This document shows positions 1 to 13,900 of a DNA stretch of 64,000 bases, one piece after another (position 1 is the stretch's first letter; every line of letters starts with the position of its first letter). The position numbers were made by a program, and so were the translations under genes. The notes under the pieces are model-generated. The model saw nothing but the letters and a program-made list of their open reading frames with translations, had not been told where the DNA came from and did no database searches. Source of the stretch: Takakia lepidozioides (taxonomy: Eukaryota > Plantae > Bryophyta); NCBI GenBank assembly GCA_030704615.1, contig CM060734.1, forward strand, positions 59,892,001 to 59,956,000, read 5' to 3'.

Positions 1-896
1 GAGGGCATGATGGGAGGAGGGATGGGGATGCGGGAAAGGGCACGTCTCATGTCCTGGCAGCGGGAACATGAGGCGCGGGAGGGCGTGCCGCACGGCTGCT
101 GCCGCGCGGTGTGCAGGCATTGGAGCGGGGGGTGGGCGTGGGGTGGGGGGTTCCACGCTGGCGGAATCGGGCCCCTCGCATTCAACTCCAAGGCCCATCT
201 AATGCTTGGCATTTCCTACCACCAAGATACATCCTCAAAACTTGACAGACATCATTTTGACTATATAACAAAACCAAACAATGGGGAGGGTAGATTTAGT
301 GAGGACGGCTGACAAGGATAGACAAAAATCAGAGGCCATGCGCGCCTACCAGCGGTGTTTTGTTTGGTCGGTGGCCTACCTGTTTTGTGATAGGTTAATT
401 TTTCTCTTACTTTCATTGTGACGGACAACTTTGAGAAAATGCCTTTCACATGACATGCTGACAAATTTTTGACCTTTCATATCCATATCATATCATATAG
501 AATTAAAAATCAAAATCTACTATGTACCCCCAATTCATTGGCTAGTTTGGGAAGGTCAGGCAACCCAAAACTCTGGAAAGAGCCAATGAGTGCGGCCGCG
601 GGAGGCTTGGAGAGGGGCTACTTTTACAAAGGAATCATGGGAGTAAAAGTCAAAAAATTCGCCAGCAAGCGCCAATGGTTAAATATCAGGAGCCAAATTT
701 TTCCTACGTAGACCTGTTAAAACGTGACACCTGTTAAACAGACTCTTTTCTAACTATGCCACCTTGTTATTCTCCCCAGTGGCCACATGGGCGCTAGGTA
801 GAATCCAGCGTTGGAATCCAACAGTAAGTAGCTCAGTTGGGAAAGTGCATTGAGTGCCATCCGGATGACCTTGGGGTCAAATCCTACTACTTGACG

Positions 897-3800
897 ATGC
901 CGTCTCCCTTCTGCTTGTGCTTTCATGATGAGTTTCAATGTTCTCTGCAGCTCCACTCTAGAAGAATCTGTCATGATCGACACCGATCATCACCGATTCG
1001 TGATAAAAATGATTGTTTTATGCCTGAGTTCTGAATAGCCGATGTACACACTTCCATTATAGATTGTGTTTACCACACTAACCTGCTATCTTTGGCAGAC
1101 GAGGATGTTCGAGGCGATCTGCTTGCGGAGGATTTGCACCTCAAAGACACCATCCTCCATCCGCAGCTTTGAGATTTCTGACCAAGGTTGTTTCGTCAAC
1201 CCCCCCTATAAGCCGCATGTCGATGACATTTTGTACAACTTCATGCAGTCCAGTCAGACTCTGAAGAGACCAGATGGCACTCCCTAGAGAGGTGCAAAGG
1301 AAAAATCCCCAGCGCTCATGCAAATACTGATGGAGTCATGCAGCCACCACTCTGCACGGGTGGTCGATCTTTCTGTGTCCACAGGTTCGTTCTCTCCCTT
1401 CCGAATTGATTTTCTTTCACCAATTCCATCTGCTTAAATCCCCCCCCACCAAACTGTTCATGTCCTCATGTCTGGTTTAGGAGCAACTTACCATGCATGC
1501 AAGGCAGGCGGAAGAAGCCTTTTTGGCATGGAGGGTGATTCTGACCTCTACAAAACAGTGCTCCTCCCCCTTTTGTCTGGCTCCACTTCAGGCACACAGA
1601 CTGATCGGATTCAAATTCGAAATGATGACGATCCCGAAGATAAGCAGGTAGACAACGACTTTTCATGTGAGTAAGTGCTAAACCCACTTTGGGAGCCATA
1701 CTCAATTTCTCAATAACATCAAAGTTACAGTAATAACTTTTTCAGGTTGTCTTTCAGGAAAGGCAGCGGTGGATCTTCAGAAGATACAATCATTTGTGGC
1801 GAGTCTGTTTTCGACAGCCCCCTTTCCAATTTTCTGCTTCCTGATTATGTCGAAGCAATGGCACTTCACGCGGCCGAGTCCCTATCCCCTGACTTTTTAC
1901 TGCCCGGCCGTAGGTGTAGCAAGCGTAGATCCGGAGTTCTTAAATACTTCGACTTGGATGCAGAGGAAGCGGGGATACATTGTACTGACTCTGAGTCAGA
2001 CTGAACTATGTTCTTTTAATATTATGTTTCATCCTCTTTGGAAAACGTTGAATCCCCTTCCTCCACCGTAGTTGTTCTTTTGGAAAGAAAAATAATCAAA
2101 GAATCAACTACCATTTAAATTGCAATATGTATGAATCCATCTCATAAACCTCCCTAACTCTTGTCATATCCATTGTGCTTTCATCTACAGTGCATTCATG
2201 CGTGCTCCATTCATGAATGTTTTCCTTTGTTCAACATCCATTGTACATTCATCCTCTGTACTCTTTAATCCACCCCACAAACCTACCACACTCATGTCAT
2301 ATACGTTGTGCATTCGTCTAAAGTTTTAGTCATGCATCTTCCTGTCATGAATGTTTTCCATTGTTCAACATCCATTATACATTCATCCATTTGACTCTTA
2401 TCCATCCCTCATTCATCCATCTACATTCATTTTTCACACTCATCCATCTGTTTATCATCCAACTATACATTCATCCATCCTTCATTCATCTGTTGCTTTC
2501 AGGTGGGAATGACCAGACTTCAGGTATGATGCCAATGCCCGACGACTATCTTTGTCACATGACTGAAAAAGCAGAAGTGTCCCTGCATCAGAGAGGAAAT
2601 TATTACAGAACCCGAACACCCAACTCCAGTAGTTGTCCTCGAATTTGTTCCAGCCTGGCGTCTTGTCCTTTGGAAGAACTTCTGGCACAGCCTAGCCATC
2701 CGGGATGTCGAGAATGACAATGTCAGCCACATATGTTTTCTGCACACCGCACACGAAGGTGGGACCAGTGCTCACCTGCAACAGTCATGTTTATTTTAAG
2801 AACGATGGCAATAATGTTTTCAAAGAACCAGACTGAAATACTGCCAATGAAACTTTCAGAGAAAAAGGAAAGAAACTGGAATCCTCACCAGATTGAGGAA
2901 TGAGATTATGTTGTCCCAGGTAGGTGAAGGCAACCCAGTGTATCATCTCTTTCGACTTTGCATCATCGCCAGCCAACCCTCATTGACAATTTTACTCTCT
3001 CCCGAATCAGAACGGGAAGGGTGTGGCTTGGCATCGAACACGCACTGAACTGTGCGGGTATATCTTCCAGCAGTGAAGTCCTGCCCACTCTCATTTTCTT
3101 TCTCCATCTCATTTTCTTTCTCCTTCCCCTTGTCCTTTTCTTTTTCCTTCTCTGTGGACTTGTTTTTGTCCTTTGGCTTTGTGGTGAGATGGCTATGACA
3201 TCAGGAGCCTTGTCTTTTGGTTTGCGGCCCGCCTTCTTTCCCTTCTGCGGCGTTCCATGAGCATCAGGCTCCTTGGCAGCCAATGTTGTTATGTCTCTTT
3301 GGTACTGCTCATCAGTCAGAGGCGCCAGCATCTCAACATTATTGTTCAAATATTTCATGTGCTGTTCTTGAAAGGTCATGTGCTCCGGCGGGCAGTCAAG
3401 GTACCAGCCACAGTCTCTGAAGTGAGAAGGACTCCAGTCCTTCAATATCCCAATAGTATACATGGTTGGATCGTTTGCTGGGTCCGACCACATGTCAAGA
3501 TAGTCTGGAATACCGCTCAGGTGATTTCCTTCCATAAGCACATATTTCGTGTACCTGTTAAACAGGAGATAAATCCCAACCCACCAAAGCGCGAAGTGAG
3601 TAAGATGCAAGTAGCACAGAATGAAAAAAAACAAGGAATGAAATGGCTCTGAGAACTGCTCCAAAGAGCTCTCAGGACCACGCGACAGCTCTGGATGTGA
3701 ATGTCGTCAACGCCATTCAAAAAATTCCATTCAATGATACTGCAAATACACCCTAATCCACGTGAATGCAAACTCTCGCTTTGGAATGACACAGACATAG

Positions 3801-6800
3801 AAGAGAATGTCGTCAACTTCACTCACTTTGGATTTGTGAGTACACTGCTAATCAAGCCTAATGATTTCTCAAAAGAGGCAAAATCATTGAATGGAAACTG
3901 AATGTCGGCAACGACATTCAGAAACTCGAGTAAGGAACCATCCCTAAAAACTCAATGGACATTCAAAACGTACATAACACTGAGGACCTCATAATAACAC
4001 TGGATGTGAATGGCGTCAACGCCATTCACAAAATTCCGAACAAGGAACCAATAAATACACCCTAAGCTCCTAATCCATATAAATTCAAATTGTGACACAG
4101 ACATAGAAGTGAATGTCGTCAACGACATTCACTTTGGATCTCTGATAACACAGCTAATCAAGCCTAAGATTTCGTGCAAGAGGCAAAAGCATGGCAGAAC
4201 AACTGAAGGTCTGGCATTGAAATTCAGCAAACTGGAGTGAGGAACCCTCACGGTAAAACTCTAGGGACATTACAAAAACTTACATATCTATTGAGGATCA
4301 ATCTTAAAAACTATGGATGTGAAGTCGTCAACGCCATTCAGGGGACATTATCAATTCTAATCAGGGACACTATAAATACACCCTAAGCTCCTATCCAGGT
4401 GAATTCAAACTCTGCTTAAGAAGACTCAGCCAAAGAACGTGAGGAATGTCTCGTCAACGACATTCCAATTGGGATCTATGAGTACAATCCTTATGACGCC
4501 TAATTATTTCCCAAAAGTGCCAATTAGAGTTCCAGTATTGATATGCACCTGTAAAAACTCGAATCATGGCCCACTCTCATCCAACCTGACTGTCAAAGTC
4601 GTTGGACCTAAAATGTTACCATCTTTGGAGAAACTCCCGGAAAAAAACAGTATCTCCAGGTGAGACCTCTCCACTTCCTTAAGTATGCCCAATGACATTT
4701 GGGGAGCGGGGAAACAATCGAAATGTTCAAGTCTTAAAAGTCTGATCCAGCACAATGACCGACGCGTTTTTCGAGCTACAAATTGTATATTTGTCAGTAT
4801 TGCAAATAAGATATCATCAACATAATTGCAGAAAAAGAAAAGAAAACGACGTATTTGAATATACACATGACTCCAAAATGTAGCCTTGTGGAGCAAGTTA
4901 TCAAACACCAAATCACTTATTTTTTCCACCTTTGTGCCAGGCTGTATGGTGCTCTTTGGGAACTGATTCAAGTCCTTTACTGTTTGATCTGAGTTCCATA
5001 TCTCCAGCCACCTTATTTTTGTTGTGGGTCGACCATGGATATGGCCAGCCGGTGCAAATTTCTCCTGCTGCATCTCCGGATGCACATGCTTGGTCATAGT
5101 GAGATTTGATCTGCTGAAGGAACTCAGAACCACGTCCAGGATCTACTATTCTAAGCTGCATTCCGAAGGCGGACATCAATTTGGTTCTTCGCATTTCAAA
5201 CTCCTTCTTTATTGCTGTTTCCACACCCTTTAATGTCCCTTAGTTCTTCTGGTGTAGTGCGGTAATATCCGGATTTTCCCTTCTCAGCTGCATCTGCCAG
5301 TTCTTGCTGCATTGATTCAAGTAGTGATTAGCACCGAAGGAACTACAAACATGTATTCGAAAAGTAAACTGAGTGCAGACTCGGGCTTACCGCATATATG
5401 TACTCCAGAAACGCCTCTCGAGTCAAAGAATACAAAGTGCCTGCAGCTCTTCCTGTTTCGCACTTCTTGATTATATTGGGGTGGAGTACTGTCCGAAAAT
5501 CATCCAGCTTCATCAGACCAATCCTCTGAATTCGGAATAGTGTGTGGACCAAGCTTGTTGTCACATGCGATTTCTCTGTCGATCTGCAAAAACATTGGAA
5601 ACATTGCATTCCTTAACTCTGTTTTTTTGGGATTAACAAGACACTACAGAGGGAATGAAGTCCCTAGGATGACTTACATGTTCACGTCGTGTATAGCTGT
5701 AAGAAGCCTAGCGATGTCGTTTCTAGGATCCAAAACCATTGCCTCCACAACAACATGCTTGTCTTTGTCTTTCGCATGATGTTTCTGAATGTATCCCATC
5801 CATGCCAGCAATCGGTGGTTGCCGTCCCAGACGTAGAACATGTGGTTGTAGAATTGCCGGGTGTTCTTTCCCATCATGAGGCCCAGCTCGAACTCCTCAG
5901 TAGTATCTTTCCAGCACTCATCCTAGGTATCACTAATCTGTGGAGACACTAATGTGTTTTTCCCATTTGTATCCGTCAGTGACACATAAAAAACTTGTGC
6001 ATCAAGTCTGTATCCATGCACAAAATCACTCTCCAATTTTGTTATGTCATGGGAAAGAAGTGGATGCACAACAGACATAGATATCATCCGGCATAGAGGG
6101 ATGTCCAGACGCCCTCCAGATATGAGCATGTCCCTTATAACCTCCTGAGAGTTTACCTTCTGGAATGACATGAGTTCTTTCACCTTGTCAAGGTAGTGCA
6201 CTTCAGATTCATCTGCTTCATCGCTATTCTCTGAGCTTTTTCCAGATTCGTCCCCATCTCCAGATCCTTTCCCCTCTGATCCTCTAGGCTTGGACCTCAC
6301 AGTTTTCTACACGATGCCATTCAAATCTGACTGAGTAATGTGCAAATAGTGAACGGCGGTAACGACCATCACTCTGTCTCGTCTCAACTCACAATGAATG
6401 GTGTGAAACAAATTCAGAACCATCTACATAAGCAAAGCCGATCCTGCCGAATTCAAAACAAAACACTATGATTCTAGGGACACAGGAACATAATGGTTTT
6501 GAGCAAGAGCGAACGGCGTTAACGACAATCACAAAAGAGTGGACCTGCCGGATGGGTGTTGTGCAATGACATATATGTGTAAGTGATTGGCGGCAACGAC
6601 ACTCAGTATAGTTTAGGGCGGACAGTAAGTGCAGATTATTCAGATTGACTCCATTGTGATGAACGTCGCAAGCATGCACTGTTTCTTGTCTATGTCGAGA
6701 GTACTTTCCAATCGATACTCTACCTGAATCTACAATATGGTCTTCAAATCTTTGATTGGCGGTACCGACTTTCTACTTCTCTATCTGTTCAACCTCAAAC

Positions 6801-7493
6801 AAAAAAAATGCATTGCAAAACAATATGACTGAATATGCCGACCCTCACTCTCTCTTCAAACACATAGGTACATAAATCTCATGAGGAGAATCGAATGGCG
6901 TTAACGATGCTCGCAATTCAGTAGACTTCAATCACATGTTCCTGCTAAAGAAGGGAAGATGAATGACTGCTTGAAAGGCAATCAGACAGACTGTATGATC
7001 TGAACAACAGTGAATGACGGTACCGTCAGTCACCCACTCATTGTGTGGAAAACCCTTAATAGAGGAGTAGAAAGCAAATCACCGTTGTTTCATGGTGATG
7101 GTCGGTAGTGACAATCCCTTTCTGGGACATTCCACTCAATCTCTACGCAGATCTTCAACAATGAAATGGAAGTTAGAGAAAACTTACTGGCGCCTTCTTA
7201 GGTTTTGAAATTGGATCCCCTTTTGCAGCTTTCATTTTCCCTCTCATATCTTCTGGAATTTCTGTCTGCTCTAGGGTTTTTGGACCTTCTCCCGGTTCAA
7301 CGTTCCCCGTACTTCCACCTCCTTCAGTTTCACTGCGAGTCATCTCTGCATCCACAGGCTGGTTTCCAACGCGCACTGTTATCGCCGACTGTGTCACAGC
7401 CGCTGCCTCAGTCTCGGTATGCTCTTGTGAATCAGTCTCTGCGTTCACCTGCTGCCTTGGCCCTGTGTTCTCCAACAAACGACGCCTCGTCAT
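897..7493 (-). pseudogene. Disrupted ParB-like/N6-N4 methyltransferase gene of the outer copy (5' exons on - strand 2515-7493; last two exons flipped to + strand ~1100-1674)
   Basis: ORF fragments 7173-7493, 5923-6300, 5674-5877 (WDGNHR), 5343-5609, 4913-5224, 2963-3664 and 2482-2688 match the inner-copy exons but carry stops and frameshifts. There is a TAG at 1285-1287. Confidence 0.85.
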
Positions 7494-10350
7494 TTGCTCT
7501 CTTGCTCTGCGTCTCTCTCTCTAAGGGAAGTAAAATAAATAGACTTTCTTCTCTTTCGTATTGTAGAAGGAACCCTCTCCAGCTTGACTACCACTCTCCC
7601 TCTAAGCGCGAAAAGTGGAAAAACAAAGTGACTCCCGATTTCTTGCGGGATTGCGTGCGTTGTGGCTTGTCTCTAGAAGCATCGGATTCCCTCTAGTGTG
7701 ACCGTTACACATAGTCATTCCCTTATTAGTGCACATGCCAGCAATTAGTGTACAGCTGTTCGTATTCAATATAGTTATCGATGTCTGACGTGTGTCGCCC
7801 AAAATAAACGGCGTGTTCTTTATTAGAACGGTTTCAATATTTAAAAATAACAGCGAATCCCAGAAATCTTGGCGCACAGTCTTAGACAAATATATGTAAA
7901 TGAATGAGAGTTTGATGAAATTTTTTGGGATATCATACACGTTTATCCTTGTTAGCTAACGCCACGTTCGTTTCACATTTTGATTTTTCCAGGTGCGCAT
8001 GATTATTGGTAGTAGTATAATGATGCATTTACTTAATCTGCAATCCCACCCTCAGATCCTGTGACATGCTTCCAAGAAGTCGGCTTGTTATTGTGTTTAT
8101 TGATGAGGTTCTGATTAACGGTTTAACAGCTACCGACATTGCTCCTAGGGATACTCTGACCACAGGGCCCACAAAAAGAGTAATTAAAATGGACGGCTGC
8201 ATATCTGGAAGGAATAACAGAATATGCACAGTCGTCGTCTGAGCTTCCTCCGCCATATTCTCTGCTCATTCTTCAACTGTGTTCTAGAGACATCAGTAAA
8301 CCGATTTACACTAAAGGTCTGCGATAGCAAGGTATCAACGTACGCAAGGAAGGAAGATGACTTTCTATGAAGCGGAGTTCTTATCTGACGACAAACCAGT
8401 GCCGTTCTCCCAGGAAGTCCTTGACAATGGATTTGCAATTGTTCTGGAACATGTCTTGGCTACCCGTTTTCAGCTTCAGAATGGCTCCTTTTTTTTGGAG
8501 AAAGAGGTGTACGATTTGAAAGGGAAGTTGTTGAAATACTCTTTCCAAAACCGTGATGAGACGGCTCATGTCAGCCAGTGGAGAGTGTGCCCTGGTCGAT
8601 ACAGAGTACTTGGAGAGCCTCGGCGAAAGTCCCTTGGATCATATGTGACGTCCGGGACTGCTGCTTCGGTCGTTGAAGACAAGATGGAGGTGGTGGTGAA
8701 AAAAGAACAGACGTCCTCCACTCCAATCGTTGAGCTTTCGGATTCGTCCGATGATGACATAAGTGAAATTCCAAATCCAGTCCTTCCTACTGTGGTTGGA
8801 GAAGCTGATGAAGAAGAGATTTGTAGTGTCATTCCAAAACTACGGGCGATGGGAGGAATGGCTGGATTCAAAAGTGAATTGCGAGGAATTGATTGGGAAT
8901 CTTTGAAGCAGGTGCCTGTGAAGTTCTTGCCAGAGACTTTTGATGGCGATATCCTATTCAAGCTGCCTCCTCCTCCGCGAGTTGGAGGTGTAACAATCAT
9001 GATGCATGGAATGGACAAGAAACACGACGGGCACCCGTGGTGCAGAACAAAAACATCCAATATTCAGAATGATGACAAGCTTGTTTTCAGGGAACAGTTT
9101 GCAATGGATACCTTAGGTGTGATAATTTGAATTGCAGACACTTTCTTCAGTCTGGGGTTCATAATCAAAGCGAATGGGAGGGTCTGGCGGAAAAACCATT
9201 TCAGCCTGGGACTGCCCCACCACCGGCAAACACTTTCGTCTGCAAATTCTGCAAACTTGTGCCATCCTGCTTGGCGCTCTGCGGAGCAAGAATGTACTAT
9301 GTTGTCCACCGTTTGAAAACAATGACAAGAGCTTGTGTGCATTTCGGATTCCATAACCATCCTGTCTCGAAGGGGGATTACAGGGAGAGTGTTGAGACAG
9401 TATCAAGGTTGATTAAACAGGAGTTCGGGAGAAACCCATCCGCAACAACATCTGCAATTGCTCTTGGCGCAAGCAAGTCCTTTTTGGAAAGCCATATTTT
9501 GAGTGAAGGGGATTCTGTGGGGACTAAACTTGACGGTGCAACCTTGGACCTAGTCATGGATCATTTCTCGACTTTGAGTTCACCTAACATTCGGCATCAG
9601 ATCAATGCATTAAAGAATGGGCTCTGGTATCAGAGGCTACAAGACAACATTTTGGAGTTGAAACGAGTGAGCAAGTACGATTACATCCAGGACAATGTAT
9701 TCCCAGGTCAAGGTGCCATCAAAGTTTTTCTTTTCAAAATGTCGACTGTTGGGGAGGAATGGGGTTAGCCTCGTGAAGCGGATGTAGAAGACTGGGGACT
9801 TGCAGAACTGTTTTCTTATGTTTGATCATGTGAAACGAGTGAAGGATTAGACGACAATGGCTTGTCATGTCTACCATCCAGTGTACCAACGAGTTATGAC
9901 AATTGCAGTTTGTGACATGCAATCCGAGGATACGGAATCCCAGAAGCTCATGTGGAATTCCCTGATACGCGTCATGGGTTGCCATGGGTGCCATCTCCAA
10001 ATTTCGCAGGTTTCATGGCGGATAGTGCTCAAGCAAATTTCAATGCTGTTCGTATTGTCTTCGGATCGGGCGACCCAAAAGTGCCAATGCGAGGAAAAGA
10101 GCGTACATGTCTATTCCATTGGACACAATCTCTGGAAAAACATACAAAGTCGGACATCAAACCAGAGATGCAGACTCAGCACCGTAAATTGTGCAAAGAG
10201 TACAAAGATGCTAGAACAATGAAGGAGGCAGACTCTTTGTTCCAGACAATTCGTGCCTGGTGGTTCTCTTCTGGAGCTGCATCACTTGAGAGTATGAGAG
10301 CATTGGAAGATTGGCTGGCGTTTTGGCATTTCCGGTATAGACAGTGGGGA

Positions 10351-10540
10351 GCAACGACGCAATGGCGTGAGCGCGCGAGCGTACGCTCACACAGGAGTGA
10401 CGTGGCGTGAGCGTACGCTCACGCCAGCTGACGTGGCGTGAGCCTGCACACATGCTGACGTGGCGTGAGCGTCATGTCAGCATGCTGATGTGGCGGTAAA
10501 TGATGACGTGGCACTGTCCGTCAACTGCCACGTCAGCATT
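10351..10540. repeat. Subterminal repeat array (TGACGTGGCGTGAGC-like), left end of inner element
   Basis: Several copies of gacgtggc(gtgagc). The same motif occurs at 21585-21700 and, inverted, at 23680-23825. Confidence 0.85.
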
Positions 10541-10988
10541 AACATGCGCCGCCTATAACCGTGGATGGTCCTATGACCGTGGAATTAATGCAGGGAATCT
10601 TGCCTAAATAGAATCAAGACGAGCGTTGAGGCCTACAATTGCAGCATCCAACATTGTGCAATTACAAATGTTTGTTTCACTTTTACAATTACGAAGACGA
10701 CAAAATATCCTCACAAAGTGTGCGCCATAAAGGCTGCCACGAGAAGACTTCCTCCCTCCTCAAATAACAATGAGAGTTATGATCATCTTCAAAAGATGAT
10801 TGTAGTGCATAGCGACAGCAAGACATGTAGACTTCGAACGGTGCAATGACAAATGTGCACTACCTAAAAGTTGTCACTCAGACCTCACTCCGTATAGTTG
10901 GAGGCCATATCATTGCACAGCCGACGAATTGATGTGAATTACACATTTCAAATCATGGTCATCCACATACCACATTACATAGTTCATG

Positions 10989-13900
10989 CTACCCATGTGT
11001 TGTATCCCGCTGCAAAAGAGTATCGACCTCGTTGAAACTCATAGTGGCCTGGTGAATGAAGTTGTCACGTTTGGGATCGCAAACCATCCTCCTCAAAAAT
11101 ATGAAATACAAATGTTTGCAGGGTATGAATTTACCTCTCTTGCCCAAACTGGTTGATAGCATATTCACAAAATCAGGACATGTGCAATTGGGGAAATTGG
11201 AAACCGTGATGTCGTAGGTCCTGTCATGAACAGCAGATGTGGAAGTGATGATTGTGAATACCCGACCATATCCTGGATCGGGTACTTCCGTGGTGCTTCC
11301 GACACGAGCTTGGAGCATTCTTGCGGACTCCACTTTGCCAAAGTGTTCAGCGGTTGGAGGGAAACGCCGAACGAGCTTTCCATCTCGTTTGGTTGGCCAC
11401 AAGTCAGGATTTGCCGGGGGGACCCGGGAGGACGCAGGAGTAGTAGCACATGCATGGAGTTGGGGTTGTCTCGCAAGGGAAAAACCTGCCTCCTCCAGCA
11501 TTTCAATCTCCTGAAAGCTGAGATGTGTTCCCACCTTCACGGGCCAAACGGTTGGAGGAGATGGCTTCATCACTACGGAAGGACGCACAGTTCCATGCAC
11601 ACATCTGGCACAATCATCTGCGCAGAACCAGAACTTGTGGTTCTTGGCTTCTGGTTGACCGTATGGACGCATCAAGCCCGTGAAAGTCGGAGCAGGAGTT
11701 CGGGCACCACCTCTGGATATAGATGAAGTGCACTTCTCGAAATTAGTTGCCCTGATCGCTGTACATTTCACACGAGACCCGACACTTGTGCGTTCTATGT
11801 GCCAAACGTGGTCGGGGCATGCGGACTCAAGCACATCAAGGGGGTTGTTTCTCTCCTGCACCATTTCAGTGGCACGGTTTGATGCTGGAGCTTGCCGTCG
11901 TGTTGGAGGTTCCTCCACAATGGAGGTTCCGGACACGGAGCTGTCATGCAGGGGAACACGAGGCTTCGAGAAGTTATCACGGTCTGCCCTGTGGGAATCT
12001 GAATCCGAACCAGGTGGAGTGTTCAATTTCCTCTTACAGGAGCCGAATCTCTCCTCCCCTTCAAGATGTGGAACTCTAGAAACAAGTGGCGTTCCCTGGG
12101 CATACATGCTCACCGCCCGTGCTATCTTGATTGGATCCCCAGATCTGTTTGCAGCACGCAACATCAACTCCGATTTGTCCGGACCCTTGCCACCAACCCC
12201 ACCTCGTAAGAAATCACGGTATCGGGTTTGTTGTTGCAAGGCACGTATCAAATCATCTGTTGTTGCCACATACAAATCCCGACCTCGTTTCCCAGACTGC
12301 TGCAACCATGCATTGTGCACAGTTTCTGCCAAATTGCAAGATGGCATGTCTGCCATTTCCTCAATGGACATGTTCTGCAAAGAGGATAACCACACTTCAG
12401 AATAGTGCACAGGAAACAACATAAAGAAAGCAATGAGTCAAAAATATGGAAAGCAAATGTATGAATAAAGCATGAAATAGAAGCCTCGTACCATTGTCAT
12501 GGCTGCTCCCCACTGTCTATACCGGAAGTGCCAAAACGCCAGCCAATCTTCCAATGCTCTCATACTCTCAAGTGATGCAGCTCCAGAAGAGAACCACCAG
12601 GCACGAATTGTCTGGAACAAAGTGTCCGCCTCCTTCATTGTTCTAGCATCTTTGTACTCTTTGCACAATTTACGGTGCTGAGTCTGCATCTCTGGTTTGA
12701 TGTCCGACTTTGTATGTTTTTCCAGAGATTGTGTCCAATGGAATAGACATGTACGCTCTCTTCCTGGCATAGGCACTTTTGGGTCGCCCGATCCGAAGAC
12801 AATACGAATAGCATTGAAATTTGCTTGAGCACTATCCGCCATGAAACCTGCGAAATTTGGAGATGGCAGCCCATGGCAGCCCATGACACGTATCAGGGAA
12901 TTCCACATGAGCTTCTGGGATTCCGTATCCTCGGATTGCATGTCACAAACTGCAATTGTCATAACTCGTTGGTACACTGGATCGTAGACATGACAAGCCA
13001 TTGTCGTCCAATCCTTCACTCGTTTCACATGATCAAACATAAGAAAACAGTTCTGCAAGTCCCCAGTCTTCTGCATCCGCTTCACGAGGCTAACCCCACT
13101 GCCCTCCCCAACAGTCGACATTTTGAAAAGAAAAACTTTGATGGCACCTTGACCTGGGAATACATTGTCCTGGATGTAATCGTACTTGCTCAGTCGTTTC
13201 AATTCCAAAATATTGTCTATGTAGCCTCTGATCCCAGAGCCCATTCTCAATGCATTGATCTGATGCCGAATGTTAGGTGAACTTAAAGTGGAGAAATGAT
13301 CCATGACCAGGTCCAATGCTGCACCGTCAAGTTTAGTCCCCACAGAATCTCCTTCACTCAAAATATGGCTTTCCAAGAAGGACTTGCTTGCGCCAAGAGC
13401 AATTGCAGATGTTGTTGCGGATGGGTTTCTCCCGAACTCCTGTTTGATCAACCTCGATACTGTCTCAACACTCTCCCTGTAATCCCCCTTCGAGACAGGA
13501 TGGTTATGGAATCCAAAATGCACACAAGCTCTCGTCATTGTATTCAAACGGTGGACAACATAGTACATTCTTGCTCCGCAGAGCGCCAAGCAGGATGGCA
13601 CAAGTTTGCAGAATTTGCAGACGAAAGTGTTTGCCGGTGGAGGGGCAGTCCCAGGCTGAAATGGATTCTCCGCCAGACCCTCCCATTCGCTTTGATTATG
13701 AACTCCAGACTGAAGAAAGTGTCTGCAATTCAAATTATCACACCTAAGGTGTCCATTGCAAACTGTCCTCCTGAAAACAAGCTTGTCATCATTCTGAATA
13801 TTGGATGTTTTTGTTCTGCACCACGGGTGCCCGTCGTGTTTCTTGTCCATTCCATGCATCATGATTGTTACACCTCCAACTCGCGGAGGAGGAGGCAGCT

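Noticed and set aside
710-740. Left end or TSD of the outer element (gacacctg resembles the reverse complement of right flank caggtgtt); repeated cctgTTAA
   Set aside because: The match is imperfect and in the wrong orientation, with no adjacent TIR or subterminal motifs.
11680-12405. Long antisense ORFs (241 aa here; also 21816-22544 and 13296-13907)
   Set aside because: They are shadows of the transposase reading frame with no recognisable motifs.
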